DNA from: Thermodesulfobacteriota bacterium
GTDB lineage: Bacteria > Desulfobacterota > Desulfarculia > JACQYL01
Reading direction: 5' to 3'
Assembly (NCBI GenBank): GCA_963675595.2
Contig: CAXXLZ010000002.1
Coordinates: 1,056,001 to 1,120,000, forward strand
Length of the DNA stretch: 64,000 nucleotides
Position numbers and translations under genes: made by a program. Below the pieces are notes generated by a model. The model made no database searches. It was not told where the DNA came from and worked only from the letters and a program-made list of their open reading frames with translations. Each line of letters begins with the position of its first letter. Position 1 is the stretch's first letter. Of the stretch, positions 10,828 to 21,579 are shown piece by piece.

Positions 10828-11346
10828 ATGTTCATCCTGAATCACGTTATGCCGGAAGAAGCCACGGGAAAAGTCGCAGAGGCCTATTCGGTCTTCCCCA
10901 AACAGGTTCCCGTCGCCGAGCCCCTTATCCTCATGAGCGCCAGCCCGGATCTCGCTCTGGCCCAGAGCGGGATCATCCGCCATTTCGTAACTCACGACCA
11001 ACTCGACCTGGGATTGCTGGCCATGATCCGTTATCTCGCGGCCCACGAATTGGACTACACCTTCTGTGCCCGGTTCAACGCCGACCTGCTCAAACGTGCC
11101 GGGGGCCTTTCCGATGAGGAACTGGATAGTCTGAGAACACACCCGGAAAACGCGCCTTTGGAGGAGCCTCAAAAGGCTCTGCTCCTTTTCGTTCTCAAGG
11201 TGATACGCAGTCCCCAAGAGGTGACGGCGGAAGATGTGGACCAGCTCAGAAAGTTGGGCTGGACGGACCAGGCAATCTTTGACGCGTCCTATCACGGAGC
11301 GGCCATGTCCGGTCCCGCCACTTTGTACAAGGCCTTCCGAAAATAA
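10828..11346 (+). CDS. AhpD/CMD-like (peroxidase-related) protein
   Basis: PEEATGKVAEAY, YTFC..N, EDVDQLRKLGWTDQAI; GGAGG RBS before ATG 10828. Confidence 0.75.
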   Translation: MFILNHVMPEEATGKVAEAYSVFPKQVPVAEPLILMSASPDLALAQSGIIRHFVTHDQLDLGLLAMIRYLAAHELDYTFCARFNADLLKRAGGLSDEELDSLRTHPENAPLEEPQKALLLFVLKVIRSPQEVTAEDVDQLRKLGWTDQAIFDASYHGAAMSGPATLYKAFRK

Positions 11347-11416
11347 CGCCGCCGACGGTCATAAGAAATGCGCGCACACAAGCGCCCTTCAAGCCGTTGA
11401 CGACGGACGAGGAAAA

Positions 11417-11445
11417 CCGGGAATCCGCCTGAGACGGGTTCCCGG
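11417..11445 (-). terminator. Hairpin / probable terminator between the convergent ahpD-like gene and katA
   Basis: CCGGGAATCCG-7 nt-CGGGTTCCCGG, followed by TTTT on the minus strand. Confidence 0.6.
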
Positions 11446-11467
11446 ACGATTCAGTTCACGCCGCCCA

Positions 11468-12979
11468 CTATGCCATGGTGGCCTTCACCCGTTCTTCCTG
11501 AGACATGGCCGCCAACCGTTCCGCTTCTCCGGCGTCCAGGCCCAATCCCTGCGCCACGCGACGACCCAAGTCCTCGTCCGCCTTGAAGAACAGGGCGGTT
11601 TGCCTGAGCTGGATGCGCTTCTGCGCGTTGCCCAGATGGTCCACGATGTTCCCCACGAGGTGGTCTTTGGCTTCGTCCGTCATGACCTTGCGATACAGGT
11701 TTCCGGGCTGGACGAAGTCGTCGTTGGGGAAATTGAACGGGTAACGATCCGCGGGCCCGTTCAAATCAATGGGAGGTTCTCCGGCGGTCGGATCGGGTGC
11801 CGGGCCGCCGAAGCTGTTGGGCCAGTAGTTGGGGCCATTTCCCCCGTTGGCATCCGTCCGCATGAACGCATCCCGCTGATAGCCGGTCTCCGGAGCGTTC
11901 TTAGGGGCATTTACGGGGATCAAATGGTAGTTGGGTCCCAATCTGTGGATGTGCGTGTCATGATAGGAGAATACACGGGCCTGAAGCATCTTGTCCGGTG
12001 AGATCGCAATGCCGGGCACGACGTTTCCGGGACAGAAAGCGGCTTGCTCCACCTCGGCGAAGTAGTTCACCGGGTTGCAGTTGAGCACCAGCTTGCCCAC
12101 TTTAATGGGCGGCACCTCGCTGTGGGGCCACACCTTGGTGATGTCGAAGATATCCCATTGAAAGTCCCGGGCCTGCTCCGACGTCAGAATCTGCATCTCA
12201 AGGGTCCAGGAAGGGTACTCACCCCGTTCGATGGCCTGATACAGATCCCGAGTCGCATGGTCCGGATCATCACTCTTCATGCGGTCGGCTTCCTGCCTGG
12301 TAAGGTTCTTGATTCCCTGGTCCGTTTTGAAGTGGTACTGGACCCAGAAGTACTCACCTTTGTCATTGTACCACTTGTACGTGTGGCTGCTGTATCCGTT
12401 CATGTTTCTGAAAGTTGCCGGCGTACCCCTGTCCGAAAACAGAATCATGACTTGGTGAATCGATTCGGGAGTAAGCGACAAGAAGTCCCAGAACATGTCG
12501 GCATCCGGGAGGTTCGTGGCGGGATGACGCTTCTGGGTATGAATGAAATCCGGGAACTTGAGCGGGTCGCGGATGAAAAACACCGGAGTGTTGTTCCCCA
12601 CGAAATCGTAATTCCCTTCCTCCGTGTACATTTTGACGGCAAACCCTCTGGGATCTCGCGCAGCGTCGGCCGACCCCTTCTCACCACCCACGGTGGAAAA
12701 TCTAGCGAAAACGTCCGTTCGCTTCCCGATCTCCGACAGGAATTCGGCTTTGGTGTACCTGGTAACATCCGCAGTCACCTCAAAATAGCCGTAAGCTCCC
12801 GCACCCTTGGCATGCACCACGCGCTCGGGTATGCGCTCCCGGTCGAAGTGTCCGAGCTTTTCCAGCAGGTGGACGTCCTGCATGAGGATGGGTCCGCGTT
12901 CTCCTGCGGTGAAGCTGTTGAGGTCGTCGGCCACGGGAATCCCGAACGCCGTGGTCATGGCGCCTTTCTTTTTTTCCAT
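11468..12979 (-). CDS. katA: Monofunctional heme catalase
   Basis: FDRERIPERVVHAKG and RVFSYHDTH signatures. Confidence 0.97.
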   Translation of the reverse strand: MEKKKGAMTTAFGIPVADDLNSFTAGERGPILMQDVHLLEKLGHFDRERIPERVVHAKGAGAYGYFEVTADVTRYTKAEFLSEIGKRTDVFARFSTVGGEKGSADAARDPRGFAVKMYTEEGNYDFVGNNTPVFFIRDPLKFPDFIHTQKRHPATNLPDADMFWDFLSLTPESIHQVMILFSDRGTPATFRNMNGYSSHTYKWYNDKGEYFWVQYHFKTDQGIKNLTRQEADRMKSDDPDHATRDLYQAIERGEYPSWTLEMQILTSEQARDFQWDIFDITKVWPHSEVPPIKVGKLVLNCNPVNYFAEVEQAAFCPGNVVPGIAISPDKMLQARVFSYHDTHIHRLGPNYHLIPVNAPKNAPETGYQRDAFMRTDANGGNGPNYWPNSFGGPAPDPTAGEPPIDLNGPADRYPFNFPNDDFVQPGNLYRKVMTDEAKDHLVGNIVDHLGNAQKRIQLRQTALFFKADEDLGRRVAQGLGLDAGEAERLAAMSQEERVKATMA

Positions 12980-13072
12980 GTAGTGGCTCCTTTTTCGTCT
13001 GTGATGTTTACTTACACCTGTCGAGATGCCTCGGGGGCCTACCCCTCGCTCTCCCCGGGTTCCCGGCAGGCC

Positions 13073-13113
13073 AATAACTACAACTCTTATCTATAAATAA
13101 CTATTCTCCTTAT
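13073..13113 (-). promoter_or_regulatory. AT-rich putative PerR/Fur box upstream of katA
   Basis: AAATAACTATTCTC (13095-13108) resembles TAATAATGATTCTC upstream of perR. Confidence 0.5.
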
Positions 13114-13176
13114 GTGCCCAAAAAAAATCCCGGCAATTCGATAGACCACGATCTACAGAGTACGACGTGATCGGAC

Positions 13177-13641
13177 TTAACGGGATTCACGCAGGTCGCG
13201 TTGGCTCTTCCGCCGGCATTCAGGACAAATTCCGAAGAAATCCAACCGATGGCTCTCAATGAGGAAACCCGTCTTTCTCGACGCTTCCTCGGTGATTTGG
13301 TCCAAACTGGTCAGTTCCGGATCCATAATTTTTTTGCAGCGCGTACAGATCATGTGGGGATGGGGAAACGGTTTACTTCCATCGTATCGGTTCCCGCCTT
13401 CGGAGAATCCCAGTTCCAACACTTCGCCTAGTTCCTTGAGCAAGGTCAGCGTCTTGTACACCGTAGCCAGGCTTGTGGTTGGAAAGTCCCTCTTCACCTT
13501 CTCGTAGATGGTTTCCACACCGGGATGTTCATTCCCTGAAGCGAGGATTTTAAGCACCGCCAATCTCTGGGGCGTAATCCGGAAATCCCGCTCCCTGAGC
13601 TTGGAGAGCATCTGCTCGAATCTTTTCTGTGAGTATTCCAC
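13177..13641 (-). CDS. perR: Fur-family peroxide regulator
   Basis: RITPQRLAVL, HP, SLATVYKTL, HPHMICTRC, GICPEC; next to catalase. Start GTG 13641 or ATG 13611. Confidence 0.88.
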   Translation of the reverse strand: MEYSQKRFEQMLSKLRERDFRITPQRLAVLKILASGNEHPGVETIYEKVKRDFPTTSLATVYKTLTLLKELGEVLELGFSEGGNRYDGSKPFPHPHMICTRCKKIMDPELTSLDQITEEASRKTGFLIESHRLDFFGICPECRRKSQRDLRESR

Positions 13642-13715
13642 CACGTTCCACCCAACGAAAAGGAATGCCGGCGACGCGCTTGCAGCGCCGCCAAGCGACC
13701 TACCCGCCCCCTTCG

Positions 13716-13740
13716 GAGAATCATTATTATTAGAGAATAA
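13716..13740 (-). promoter_or_regulatory. Putative PerR autoregulatory box
   Basis: GAGAATCATTATTATTAGAGAATAA, a Fur-box-like AT island in GC-rich DNA. Confidence 0.5.
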
Positions 13741-13921
13741 CACCCATTCCATCAAAGATCAAGCAGTTCTATGCTGTGTTCACAACCGAGACATTCGATC
13801 GATCCTCGCTCCTATGCGTCCTCAAGGCTCAAAAAGCCGCTTGAATTTCCATCAAGATACTCTTCCGTTATACTCGTGGAATGCTTATGTTGATGTGGAT
13901 GTCGAGGATAGAAAGTGAACA

Positions 13922-16102
13922 ATGAATATGGGTCTTCTGAACAGCTTCATCGAGCGCTGGTCGCTTCTTGAAAGGAAACTGCTTCCCTCCTACGTCTGGA
14001 ATGCCGATCCCCTCACTTTCTGGCGGGAACGAATCCTGTTTGTGATCTGCTTCACCGCCGCCCTTCTGGGCCCCATCGCTCTCGTCCCTTCCACCGCATT
14101 GGCGATTCACGAACGTCTTTGGGGTGTCTGCATATTGGATATCGTCTCGTACCTGATGGTCGTGGCGCTCCTTTTCGCTCGAAATCTACCGCTGCGGCTG
14201 CGCACCGGCACGGCGTGTCTCGTTCTGTACACCCTGGGCATCTGGATTCTATTCGCTCTCGGCCCTTCCGGAGCCGGATATATCTGGCTGTTCGGAGCGT
14301 CGGTAATCGTCGGCTCTTTCATGGGACTGCACGCCTCGGTCTTCGCATTGATTCTCAATGCTCTCGTCCTCGCCGCAGTCGCCGTTTTCATTTATTATGG
14401 TTCACCCGAATGGACGGCTCACGTACAAAACCCATTGCAGAAGTGGGCTGTTATGGCGGTTAACTTTCTGCTTATCAATTCAGTGGTTACAATAACAACC
14501 GCTTTGATGCTCAACGGTCTGAGAACCGCTCTTGTCAAGGAGCAGAATACAAGTGTAAGTTTACAGGAAAGTGAAATCAGATATCAGCTTCTTGCAGAGA
14601 ATACCTATGACGTCATTTGGTTAATGGATATGGAGTTGATGTTTACCTATGTCAATCCGGCCATCCGTACCATCATGGGATACGATCCCATGGAGTGGAT
14701 CGGATCAAGACTGTCCGACTACTGCCGGGAGTCATGTACAGTAAAGATTCAGAGTCACTTGGATAGACTACTTCAAAAGAACACCGGAAAGGAGAAATCC
14801 ATTGTTGAAGTAAATATGAAGAATCGTGACGGTAATGATGTGACTCTTGAAGTATCTCAAAGTTTAATATTTGACCATTCCTCTCGACCCGTGGCCATAC
14901 AAGGCGTTGCGCGCGATGTCACGGAAAGGAAGTTATTCGAGGCTCGACTTCGGCAGGCTCAGAAAATGGAGGCCGTCGGCACACTGGCGGGAGGCATAGC
15001 CCATGACTTCAATAACATCTTGTTTCCCGTCATGGGAATGGCTGAATTGCTGCTCCAGGACGTCCCCAAGCACAGCGTGGCTTACGAGAACGCCAAAGAA
15101 ATTTTGATTGCGGGGAGAAGGGGAACCGATCTAGTGCGGCAGATCCTGGCGTTCAGCCGCCGATCCGAACATAAAAAAGGAGTCGTCAGGCTTCAACCTT
15201 TGTTGGACGAGGTCCTCAGACTGGCGAGATCGACCATTCCCACGAACATTGAAATCAACCGCCGGATCGACGATCATTGCGGTCCCGTCTTAGCGAATCC
15301 GACCCAGGTGCACCAGATCGTCATGAACCTTCTGACCAACGCCTACCATGCCGTGGAGAAGACCGGAGGGAACATATGGGTGTACCTGAGGGCAGTACTT
15401 GTGGGCGCGAACGAACTTCCCGACAGTTCGCTCAGACCGGGGAGATGCGCGCTTTTAACGATTTCAGACACGGGATGCGGGATCAAGCCCGAGGTGATGA
15501 GCAAGATATTCGAGCCCTATTTCACGACCAAGGAGCAAGGCAAAGGAACGGGACTCGGTCTTGCCGTCGCTTACGGCATCGTCAAGGAATACGGCGGAGA
15601 CATTAAAGTCTACAGCGAGTTGGGCCAAGGAACTTCTTTCAATATCTACCTGCCTTTGAGCGATGAATCCCCGGAAACCGCCGAAGAAGAGAAGCACGAG
15701 CAATTTGAAGTCGGCAACGAACGCATATTGCTGGTGGATGATGAAGAGGTGATCGTCAGTCTCGAGACCCAAATGCTTGAGCGGCTCGGTTACATCGTGA
15801 CCCCGCATTCGAACAGCCTGGACGCCTTGGAAGATTTCAAGATCAGCCCTGAATCTTTCGATTTGGTGATCACCGATATGTCCATGCCGAACATGACCGG
15901 GGCGCAATTCGCGAAAAAAATCATTTCCATACGCCCCGACGTACCCGTGATTATCTGTTCAGGATACAGTGAGGCCATCAACCACGAAAAAGCCGATGAG
16001 ATGGGCATAAGCGGCTTTCTCATGAAGCCGATAATCATCTCGGAAATGGCCAAAACGGTGAGAGGCACGATTGATGAAGCCAAGACGAAGCGGGCGGGAT
16101 GA
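13922..16102 (+). CDS. Membrane-bound PAS hybrid histidine kinase (HisKA-HATPase-REC)
   Basis: Multiple TMs, PAS, H-box GGIAHDFNNIL, FEPYFTTK..GTGLGL, ILLVDDE receiver. Confidence 0.95.
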   Translation: MNMGLLNSFIERWSLLERKLLPSYVWNADPLTFWRERILFVICFTAALLGPIALVPSTALAIHERLWGVCILDIVSYLMVVALLFARNLPLRLRTGTACLVLYTLGIWILFALGPSGAGYIWLFGASVIVGSFMGLHASVFALILNALVLAAVAVFIYYGSPEWTAHVQNPLQKWAVMAVNFLLINSVVTITTALMLNGLRTALVKEQNTSVSLQESEIRYQLLAENTYDVIWLMDMELMFTYVNPAIRTIMGYDPMEWIGSRLSDYCRESCTVKIQSHLDRLLQKNTGKEKSIVEVNMKNRDGNDVTLEVSQSLIFDHSSRPVAIQGVARDVTERKLFEARLRQAQKMEAVGTLAGGIAHDFNNILFPVMGMAELLLQDVPKHSVAYENAKEILIAGRRGTDLVRQILAFSRRSEHKKGVVRLQPLLDEVLRLARSTIPTNIEINRRIDDHCGPVLANPTQVHQIVMNLLTNAYHAVEKTGGNIWVYLRAVLVGANELPDSSLRPGRCALLTISDTGCGIKPEVMSKIFEPYFTTKEQGKGTGLGLAVAYGIVKEYGGDIKVYSELGQGTSFNIYLPLSDESPETAEEEKHEQFEVGNERILLVDDEEVIVSLETQMLERLGYIVTPHSNSLDALEDFKISPESFDLVITDMSMPNMTGAQFAKKIISIRPDVPVIICSGYSEAINHEKADEMGISGFLMKPIIISEMAKTVRGTIDEAKTKRAG

Positions 16103-16204
16103 AGCTGAGAGACCGTCGGACGAATTGCCGTTTCAGGAGGATTTTAGCATGGGAACGCCTTCATCGTCTTTTCTCACGAAACCCGACGTTCCTCTCGGGT
16201 GGGA

Positions 16205-16236
16205 GTCCGAGGGAAACACCGACGTTTCCCTCGGAC
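16205..16236. terminator. Perfect 13-bp-stem hairpin between convergent genes
   Basis: GTCCGAGGGAAAC-ACCGAC-GTTTCCCTCGGAC. Confidence 0.6.
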
Positions 16237-16264
16237 GTTTAAGATTCCCAGATGAATCGGAGGA

Positions 16265-17422
16265 TCAAAGCGTACTAGCAACCACGATTTTCTGAATCTG
16301 ACTGGTTCCTTCGTAAATCTGCGTGATTTTCGCGTCACGCATCATCCGCTCCACCGGGTACTCCTTGATATAGCCGTAACCGCCGAGAAGTTGTACCGCA
16401 TCCGTGGTGACCTTCATGGCCGTTTCCGCGGCGAACAGTTTGGCAATGGCGGAGCACCGGACGACGTCCTTGGGCAGCTTGTCGAGGTTCTTGGGCAATT
16501 CCTGGTAGACACCTGCGGCATTATAGGTCAATTGTCGGGCCGCTTCGGTCTGCGTGGTCATGTCGGCCAGCATCCACTGGATCCCCTGATTCGCGAAGAT
16601 CGGTTGTCCAAACTGCCGGCGATCCCGGGTATACTGGAGGGCGTAATCGATTGCCCCTTGGGCGACGCCCAAGGCCTGAGCCGCGACGGGAATACGGGTG
16701 AAGTCCAGCGTCTTCATCAGGATGTGAAAGCCTTTCCCTTCTCCCGCCAGTAGATTGGCCGCCGGTACGCGAACATCCTCGAAGATCAACTCCACCGTGG
16801 TCGAGGCCCTCAGGCCCATCTTGTTTTCGTGTTTTCCCACGCTGAGTCCGGGCGAATCCTTGTCCACAATAAACATGCTTGTTCCCTTATGGCCGGGAAC
16901 CGAGGTATCCGTCTTGGCAGCCACGGTGAGTACATTGGCCACGTTGCCGTGGGATATGAATATCTTGCTGCCGTTGAGCACATAGTGGTCGCCGTCTTTG
17001 ACCGCTTTGGTTCTCAACCCCGCCACGTCGGAACCCGCGTTTGGTTCGGTAAGGGCGAAGGCCGCCAGAGTTTCCCCCTCGGCCAAACCGGGCAAATACC
17101 GTTTCTTCTGCTCATCGGAACCCGCAAGCAGGATGGGCATGGCGCCGAGCTCATGAACCAGCAGCATGCACGCAGTGGAAGCGCACACCTTGGCCAGCTC
17201 CTCAATGGCCATGCACAAAGCCAGCATTCCCATGGCCGATCCGCCGTATTCCTCGGGAAAATCCGCGCCGAACAGTGCGTTCTCTTTCAGGATACCGGCC
17301 ATTTCCCAGGAGAACTCCGCTTCCTCGTCTCGTTTCTCCGCACCGGGAGCTACCTGCTCTTTAGCGATTCGAGCAACCGTCTCTTTCAACATCAAATGTT
17401 CTTCGGTAATTTCATATGCCAT
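16265..17422 (-). CDS. Acyl-CoA dehydrogenase
   Basis: FALTEPNAGSD, NGSKIFIS, QLLGGYGY..EYPVERMMRDAKITQIYEGT. Confidence 0.96.
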   Translation of the reverse strand: MAYEITEEHLMLKETVARIAKEQVAPGAEKRDEEAEFSWEMAGILKENALFGADFPEEYGGSAMGMLALCMAIEELAKVCASTACMLLVHELGAMPILLAGSDEQKKRYLPGLAEGETLAAFALTEPNAGSDVAGLRTKAVKDGDHYVLNGSKIFISHGNVANVLTVAAKTDTSVPGHKGTSMFIVDKDSPGLSVGKHENKMGLRASTTVELIFEDVRVPAANLLAGEGKGFHILMKTLDFTRIPVAAQALGVAQGAIDYALQYTRDRRQFGQPIFANQGIQWMLADMTTQTEAARQLTYNAAGVYQELPKNLDKLPKDVVRCSAIAKLFAAETAMKVTTDAVQLLGGYGYIKEYPVERMMRDAKITQIYEGTSQIQKIVVASTL

Positions 17423-17452
17423 GTTGCCGCTCCTTTTGTTGTCGAGAAGTTC

Positions 17453-18130
17453 TCAATGCCCGTCCACTTGCCTTCGGTTGGGCCGTCTTATCGCATCGAT
17501 AAGCAAGGGGGAAATCTCCTTGTTCAGTTTATCGATGTCCACCTCTTTTTGAAAAATGACATAAGGTAGGATGGCGTGTTCCACACCGCCGAGAAGCATC
17601 TGTCGCATTCTCGTGGGAGGAACATCGTCCCGGATTTCTCGGGATTTGATTCCTTCTTCCAAGATACTGAGGTACCTGTCTCCGTATTGACGAATCAGAG
17701 CATACGCTTCGCTGTCGAAATAGTCCTGAAAATTTCTCACTTCCAGGAGCAGAATCCGGGCGAACACCCGGTTGTTGTTATACAAGGCCAGGAGTCCGTA
17801 AATCATGGCCCTGATCTTGTTCAATGCGCCTTCGGCCTCATCTAAAGACTTGTAGATGTTCGTACCGTAGTTCTTCAGGTATTCCGCCAGAAGAGAATAC
17901 AACAACCCCTTCCTGGTCTTGAAATACTGATAGATCAGTGCTTCGGAAACTCCGGCGGTGACCGCGATTTCCCGCCATGTGATCTCCTGGAACCCCTTTT
18001 CCATCAGAAGAGTCTTCAAAGCATCCAGGATTTTGACATAGCCGGCTGGGTCTCCGCCGCTTTTGGGCCGCCCGCGCTTTCGCGGCCTGTTTTCAGTTCT
18101 TCGCGTCATGGTTCCTTTGGTTTGAGGCAT
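17453..18130 (-). CDS. TetR/AcrR regulator
   Basis: KGFQEITWREIA..AGVSEALIYQYFKT HTH. Confidence 0.92.
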   Translation of the reverse strand: MPQTKGTMTRRTENRPRKRGRPKSGGDPAGYVKILDALKTLLMEKGFQEITWREIAVTAGVSEALIYQYFKTRKGLLYSLLAEYLKNYGTNIYKSLDEAEGALNKIRAMIYGLLALYNNNRVFARILLLEVRNFQDYFDSEAYALIRQYGDRYLSILEEGIKSREIRDDVPPTRMRQMLLGGVEHAILPYVIFQKEVDIDKLNKEISPLLIDAIRRPNRRQVDGH

Positions 18131-18147
18131 AACACTTCCTATTTAAC

Positions 18148-18183
18148 TAAGTATAACCTACTTATAGCCAGGACGTCTGTCAA
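18148..18183 (-). promoter_or_regulatory. Promoter with TetR-type operator
   Basis: TTGACA-17 bp-TAGGTT on the minus strand; inverted repeat TAAGTA-N5-TACTTA (18148-18164). Confidence 0.65.
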
Positions 18184-18346
18184 TCGGATTTGCTTCCATG
18201 GAACACCGAGGGACCATTCGGAGAGCTGCATTTTAGGCGGCATACCCTCGCTCCTGCGACCCACCGTTGCGTAGTCGTTATGAAAACCGGTCCCCTGCAC
18301 ATCGGGAGCCGGGGAAATAAGCTTATCGCGAGGAGCGCGGAAAGTC

Positions 18347-19270
18347 TCAAGCCTCCTCCGAACCGCAAGTTCGCCTCCCCTCCATCAATGAGGCCAAGTA
18401 CTCATCCCCGTCAAAAAAAAGTCTCTCCTTCACTCGTTCCAGTTCCAGTATCCTCGGTTGATCAACCATATGGCCCACAAACGAAGAAAAGCAAGCTCGT
18501 AGGGCCAATCTCAGCGACAGCGGAAGAGCGGCACGATACACCGGGGCCGCGGCGGTCATGAACCGCAGGTAGGTCCGCGATCCCCGCATAGAGCCCTTTG
18601 CAGCGGGTCCGGCTGAAAAGACCCCTCTACCTAAATGAAAAATCATGTCGTCGAAAATATTGGCGCACATGCCCTGCAGCGTCTCATCACCGCATGTCCG
18701 CCGCATGGAGTACCAAGACCGCCCTTCACAGTAAGCCGCAAATCCGTACCCGATGCCGGAGTGTTCTATCGGGTTGTGCCGTTCCATGTACCGCGAGTAT
18801 TCCGGACTGCGGCACTCCGCTTCGGACAGCCGAAGCGTCGGTCGGTGTTGCAGGTGGAAGTCTCTGCCGAAAAAAAGGCATGCCGTGTTGATCCGTTCAA
18901 TGGTGGCCATTACACGGGACTCGGAAAGTTTGTCGGCCAATGCCTCCGCCCAGCCCGGACGCACGGGAAAGGAATCGACATGCATGGTCACGATATGAGT
19001 GGCGCCGTCGGCGACCGCGATCTCCACCAGCCGATCCAGGTAATAAGCATGCTCTTCGGCGCCGCGCAGGTCCGTCTCCGGAACCTCACAGATATTCACT
19101 CGGGGGTATCCGGAAAGATATTCTCGGAACCGAGGCGCCAGACGGTTCACACCGCCGTAGATGACGTAAGGAACCTCCGTATGCCTCTCAATACGGCCTA
19201 AATGCAGATCCACCATGTTCAGGTATCGGTCGTCGGCAAAAAGATAGACAACGACAATGCCCAGCTTCAT
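18347..19270 (-). CDS. Hypothetical protein, possibly GT-A glycosyltransferase-like
   Basis: HIVTMHVDSFPV (DxD-like position); ATGA overlap with the upstream gene. Confidence 0.55.
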   Translation of the reverse strand: MKLGIVVVYLFADDRYLNMVDLHLGRIERHTEVPYVIYGGVNRLAPRFREYLSGYPRVNICEVPETDLRGAEEHAYYLDRLVEIAVADGATHIVTMHVDSFPVRPGWAEALADKLSESRVMATIERINTACLFFGRDFHLQHRPTLRLSEAECRSPEYSRYMERHNPIEHSGIGYGFAAYCEGRSWYSMRRTCGDETLQGMCANIFDDMIFHLGRGVFSAGPAAKGSMRGSRTYLRFMTAAAPVYRAALPLSLRLALRACFSSFVGHMVDQPRILELERVKERLFFDGDEYLASLMEGRRTCGSEEA

Positions 19271-20556
19271 CGGCGGGTTTCCCGAGATGCGATCAAAGAT
19301 TCGGCGAACAGCTTGAAGTCGAAACGGTCCCTGTCGTAGCTGACATCGGTCGTAGTGATCTTTTCATCTTTTCGGATATCACGGACCAAAGCCACACCAT
19401 CCGCCAGACAGATCGGCAGGCCGAGGTCTTCATGATCTTCGGGACAATTCTCCACCATGCCGTAACAAGTGAACCCACCAATGCCGTCCAAAACTTCGCC
19501 TTTGGCGAGATCCCTTTTGGCGTAGGCATAAACATTGGCTTTGAAGCCGAAATCCGGTTTCAACACGGAACGCCCGTCCAATACCGCCGTGGCCACGGTG
19601 GCCATGGATTCCATATGAGCCAGATGATAGGGCCGGTGGAACAGGTAGAAGGGTCCGGAACCCATTTCGGGGGGAATCCAGGCAAAGGTATCCCGCTGGT
19701 GCTTCTCATCGTTGAATCCAACGGCAAAAACTCCGCCTTTAGGCACGGCGCCCAATACATAATCCGCAATCGGCCGCCTGTCCTCCCAAAGAGCCTCAAA
19801 GTCGAAATGATCGAAGACCTCGATGATGTGATTCATCCTTGGGCCCATCATTCCCGGTACCGTGACCCGTAAATTGAGCCCATTGGCCAAAACGGCCATT
19901 TCCACGCCCAGTTTGCTGCCGTCCGTATAAGAAGTACACATCCGATAGTCGAGGTTGCGTTTATCCGCCTCGGGGACAATGGAAGCGGGATCGGCATACC
20001 GGTCCAGAAAGCCTTTGATATTGCCTGCCATAACCAATTCAAACCCCATGAACTCCATTTCTTCGACGAGGTGTTTGATCACGGCGGGCTGGTCTCCGTC
20101 GCAGACCGTGTAGACGAGCCCATTCTCTTCGGCCAAGCGCATAAGGTATGAGCCGAACATGAGGTCCGCCTCGTAATTCATCATGATCGCATGTTTATTG
20201 TTGTGAAGGGCCGTTATGGCCAACCGTCCTCCATCGGCCACCGAATTGGTGCTCTCGATAAACACGTCCACAGAGGAGCAACGCGCCAACGGCTCACCAT
20301 CCTCACACACGGCGAGTTTGCCCTGACGGATCACGTCGTGCATTTGTTCCGGATTATCAACGATTCGATAGTCCCGCTTGAGATACTCCGCCCAAGACAC
20401 GGCTCGTTCCAGGATGACGTCGGCAATGGCCACACACTCCATCCCGGGGGTTAGTTGCGCCTGGAGGGCCAACCCTCTGCCGATGGAGCCGATGCCTGCG
20501 ATGCCCACTTTGATCTTGGTATCCAGTTGTTTCAGTCTTTCCAACAAACCTGTCAC
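19267..20556 (-). CDS. NAD(P)-dependent oxidoreductase, homoserine-dehydrogenase-like, with C-terminal SAF domain
   Basis: GIAGIGSIG Rossmann motif, GDQP, DGSK..EMA.LAN, RPYHL, AKRDL.KGE.LDGIGG; AAGGAG before GTG 20556. Confidence 0.88.
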   Translation of the reverse strand: MTGLLERLKQLDTKIKVGIAGIGSIGRGLALQAQLTPGMECVAIADVILERAVSWAEYLKRDYRIVDNPEQMHDVIRQGKLAVCEDGEPLARCSSVDVFIESTNSVADGGRLAITALHNNKHAIMMNYEADLMFGSYLMRLAEENGLVYTVCDGDQPAVIKHLVEEMEFMGFELVMAGNIKGFLDRYADPASIVPEADKRNLDYRMCTSYTDGSKLGVEMAVLANGLNLRVTVPGMMGPRMNHIIEVFDHFDFEALWEDRRPIADYVLGAVPKGGVFAVGFNDEKHQRDTFAWIPPEMGSGPFYLFHRPYHLAHMESMATVATAVLDGRSVLKPDFGFKANVYAYAKRDLAKGEVLDGIGGFTCYGMVENCPEDHEDLGLPICLADGVALVRDIRKDEKITTTDVSYDRDRFDFKLFAESLIASRETRR

Positions 20557-20618
20557 ACTCTTGCTCCTTTGGAGTTCGATGAGATGCAACCCGACCTGAT
20601 ATCGTGTCTATTGATCCT

Positions 20619-20775
20619 TATCAGGTCGTTGAAGAAGGCGATCTGCGGCGTTGCACTTCATCCCTCGTTACTGCGACGTACTTCTATGTACGCCTCGTTC
20701 CTCGGATTTTGCGCGCCTTGCATCTCATCATTTTTCAACAGCCTGCCATAACTCGACCTTTTCAACGGGCTATTA
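20619..20775 (+). repeat. MITE family A, full-length copy
   Basis: TATCAGGTCGTTGAAG...TTTTTCAACAGCCTG...TTTTCAACGGGCTATTA. Confidence 0.88.
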
Positions 20776-21579
20776 TGATAAGGCCGGCCGCAGTCCGCGG
20801 GAATCTGAACGGCGAGGACGGAAGCGCAGCATACAAGCCTCATCGGTGGGGCGTTCACCCGAAATCCATGTTTTGGACAGACGCCGACCACTGGGATTTT
20901 GGACACCGTAGGTTTCCGCGCAGGCCGCGGCGGCCCTAAAGAGCCTTTCCAGCTGCGGTGAATAATCGTCGATACCCTGCTCAACAGCTCCAAATCCAGC
21001 CCGCTCGTCTCGTTCCAACGACGAATTCGGGCGGTCGAACGATCCATTATAACATGGGGAACATGGGTTCCGAAGGTTCTTCGACATGCCTCGACCTGAA
21101 TGTGCTTCCGAAATCAACCAGTGCGGAGGGGCCCAACCGGCTAACCCATGCTCACAAGAGCGACGTCTTGGGATTCACGGTCCGTTTATCGGCGTTTTTC
21201 GTCTGAAAAAACTATACTGTCACTCAAATAGATATTTCGATCCATATCACTGAAGGATATATCAGGCGATCGTCCTCATTGGAACAGGATCACCACCCGG
21301 AGCTCGGCGATCTTCGTCGGTGGGACGAACTTCCGCCCTGTGCGGTCCGTTGAGAAGGCCGCCCCGGGAATCGAGTCGTAACGTTCCGGAATTCGGGAGG
21401 CATCTCAGAAGACCAAGGCCCCGAATGCGTCGACGTGACCCGCCTCGTTCGCACGACACGGATTCTATATCCATTGGTTTGCGAAATTTTCAGGAAGGAA
21501 TTATGTAGATGATTTGAATGGTTTTCGAATCACTTTCGCTTCACACCATAAGCTTACGTATGAGAAGGAGGAGCAAATC

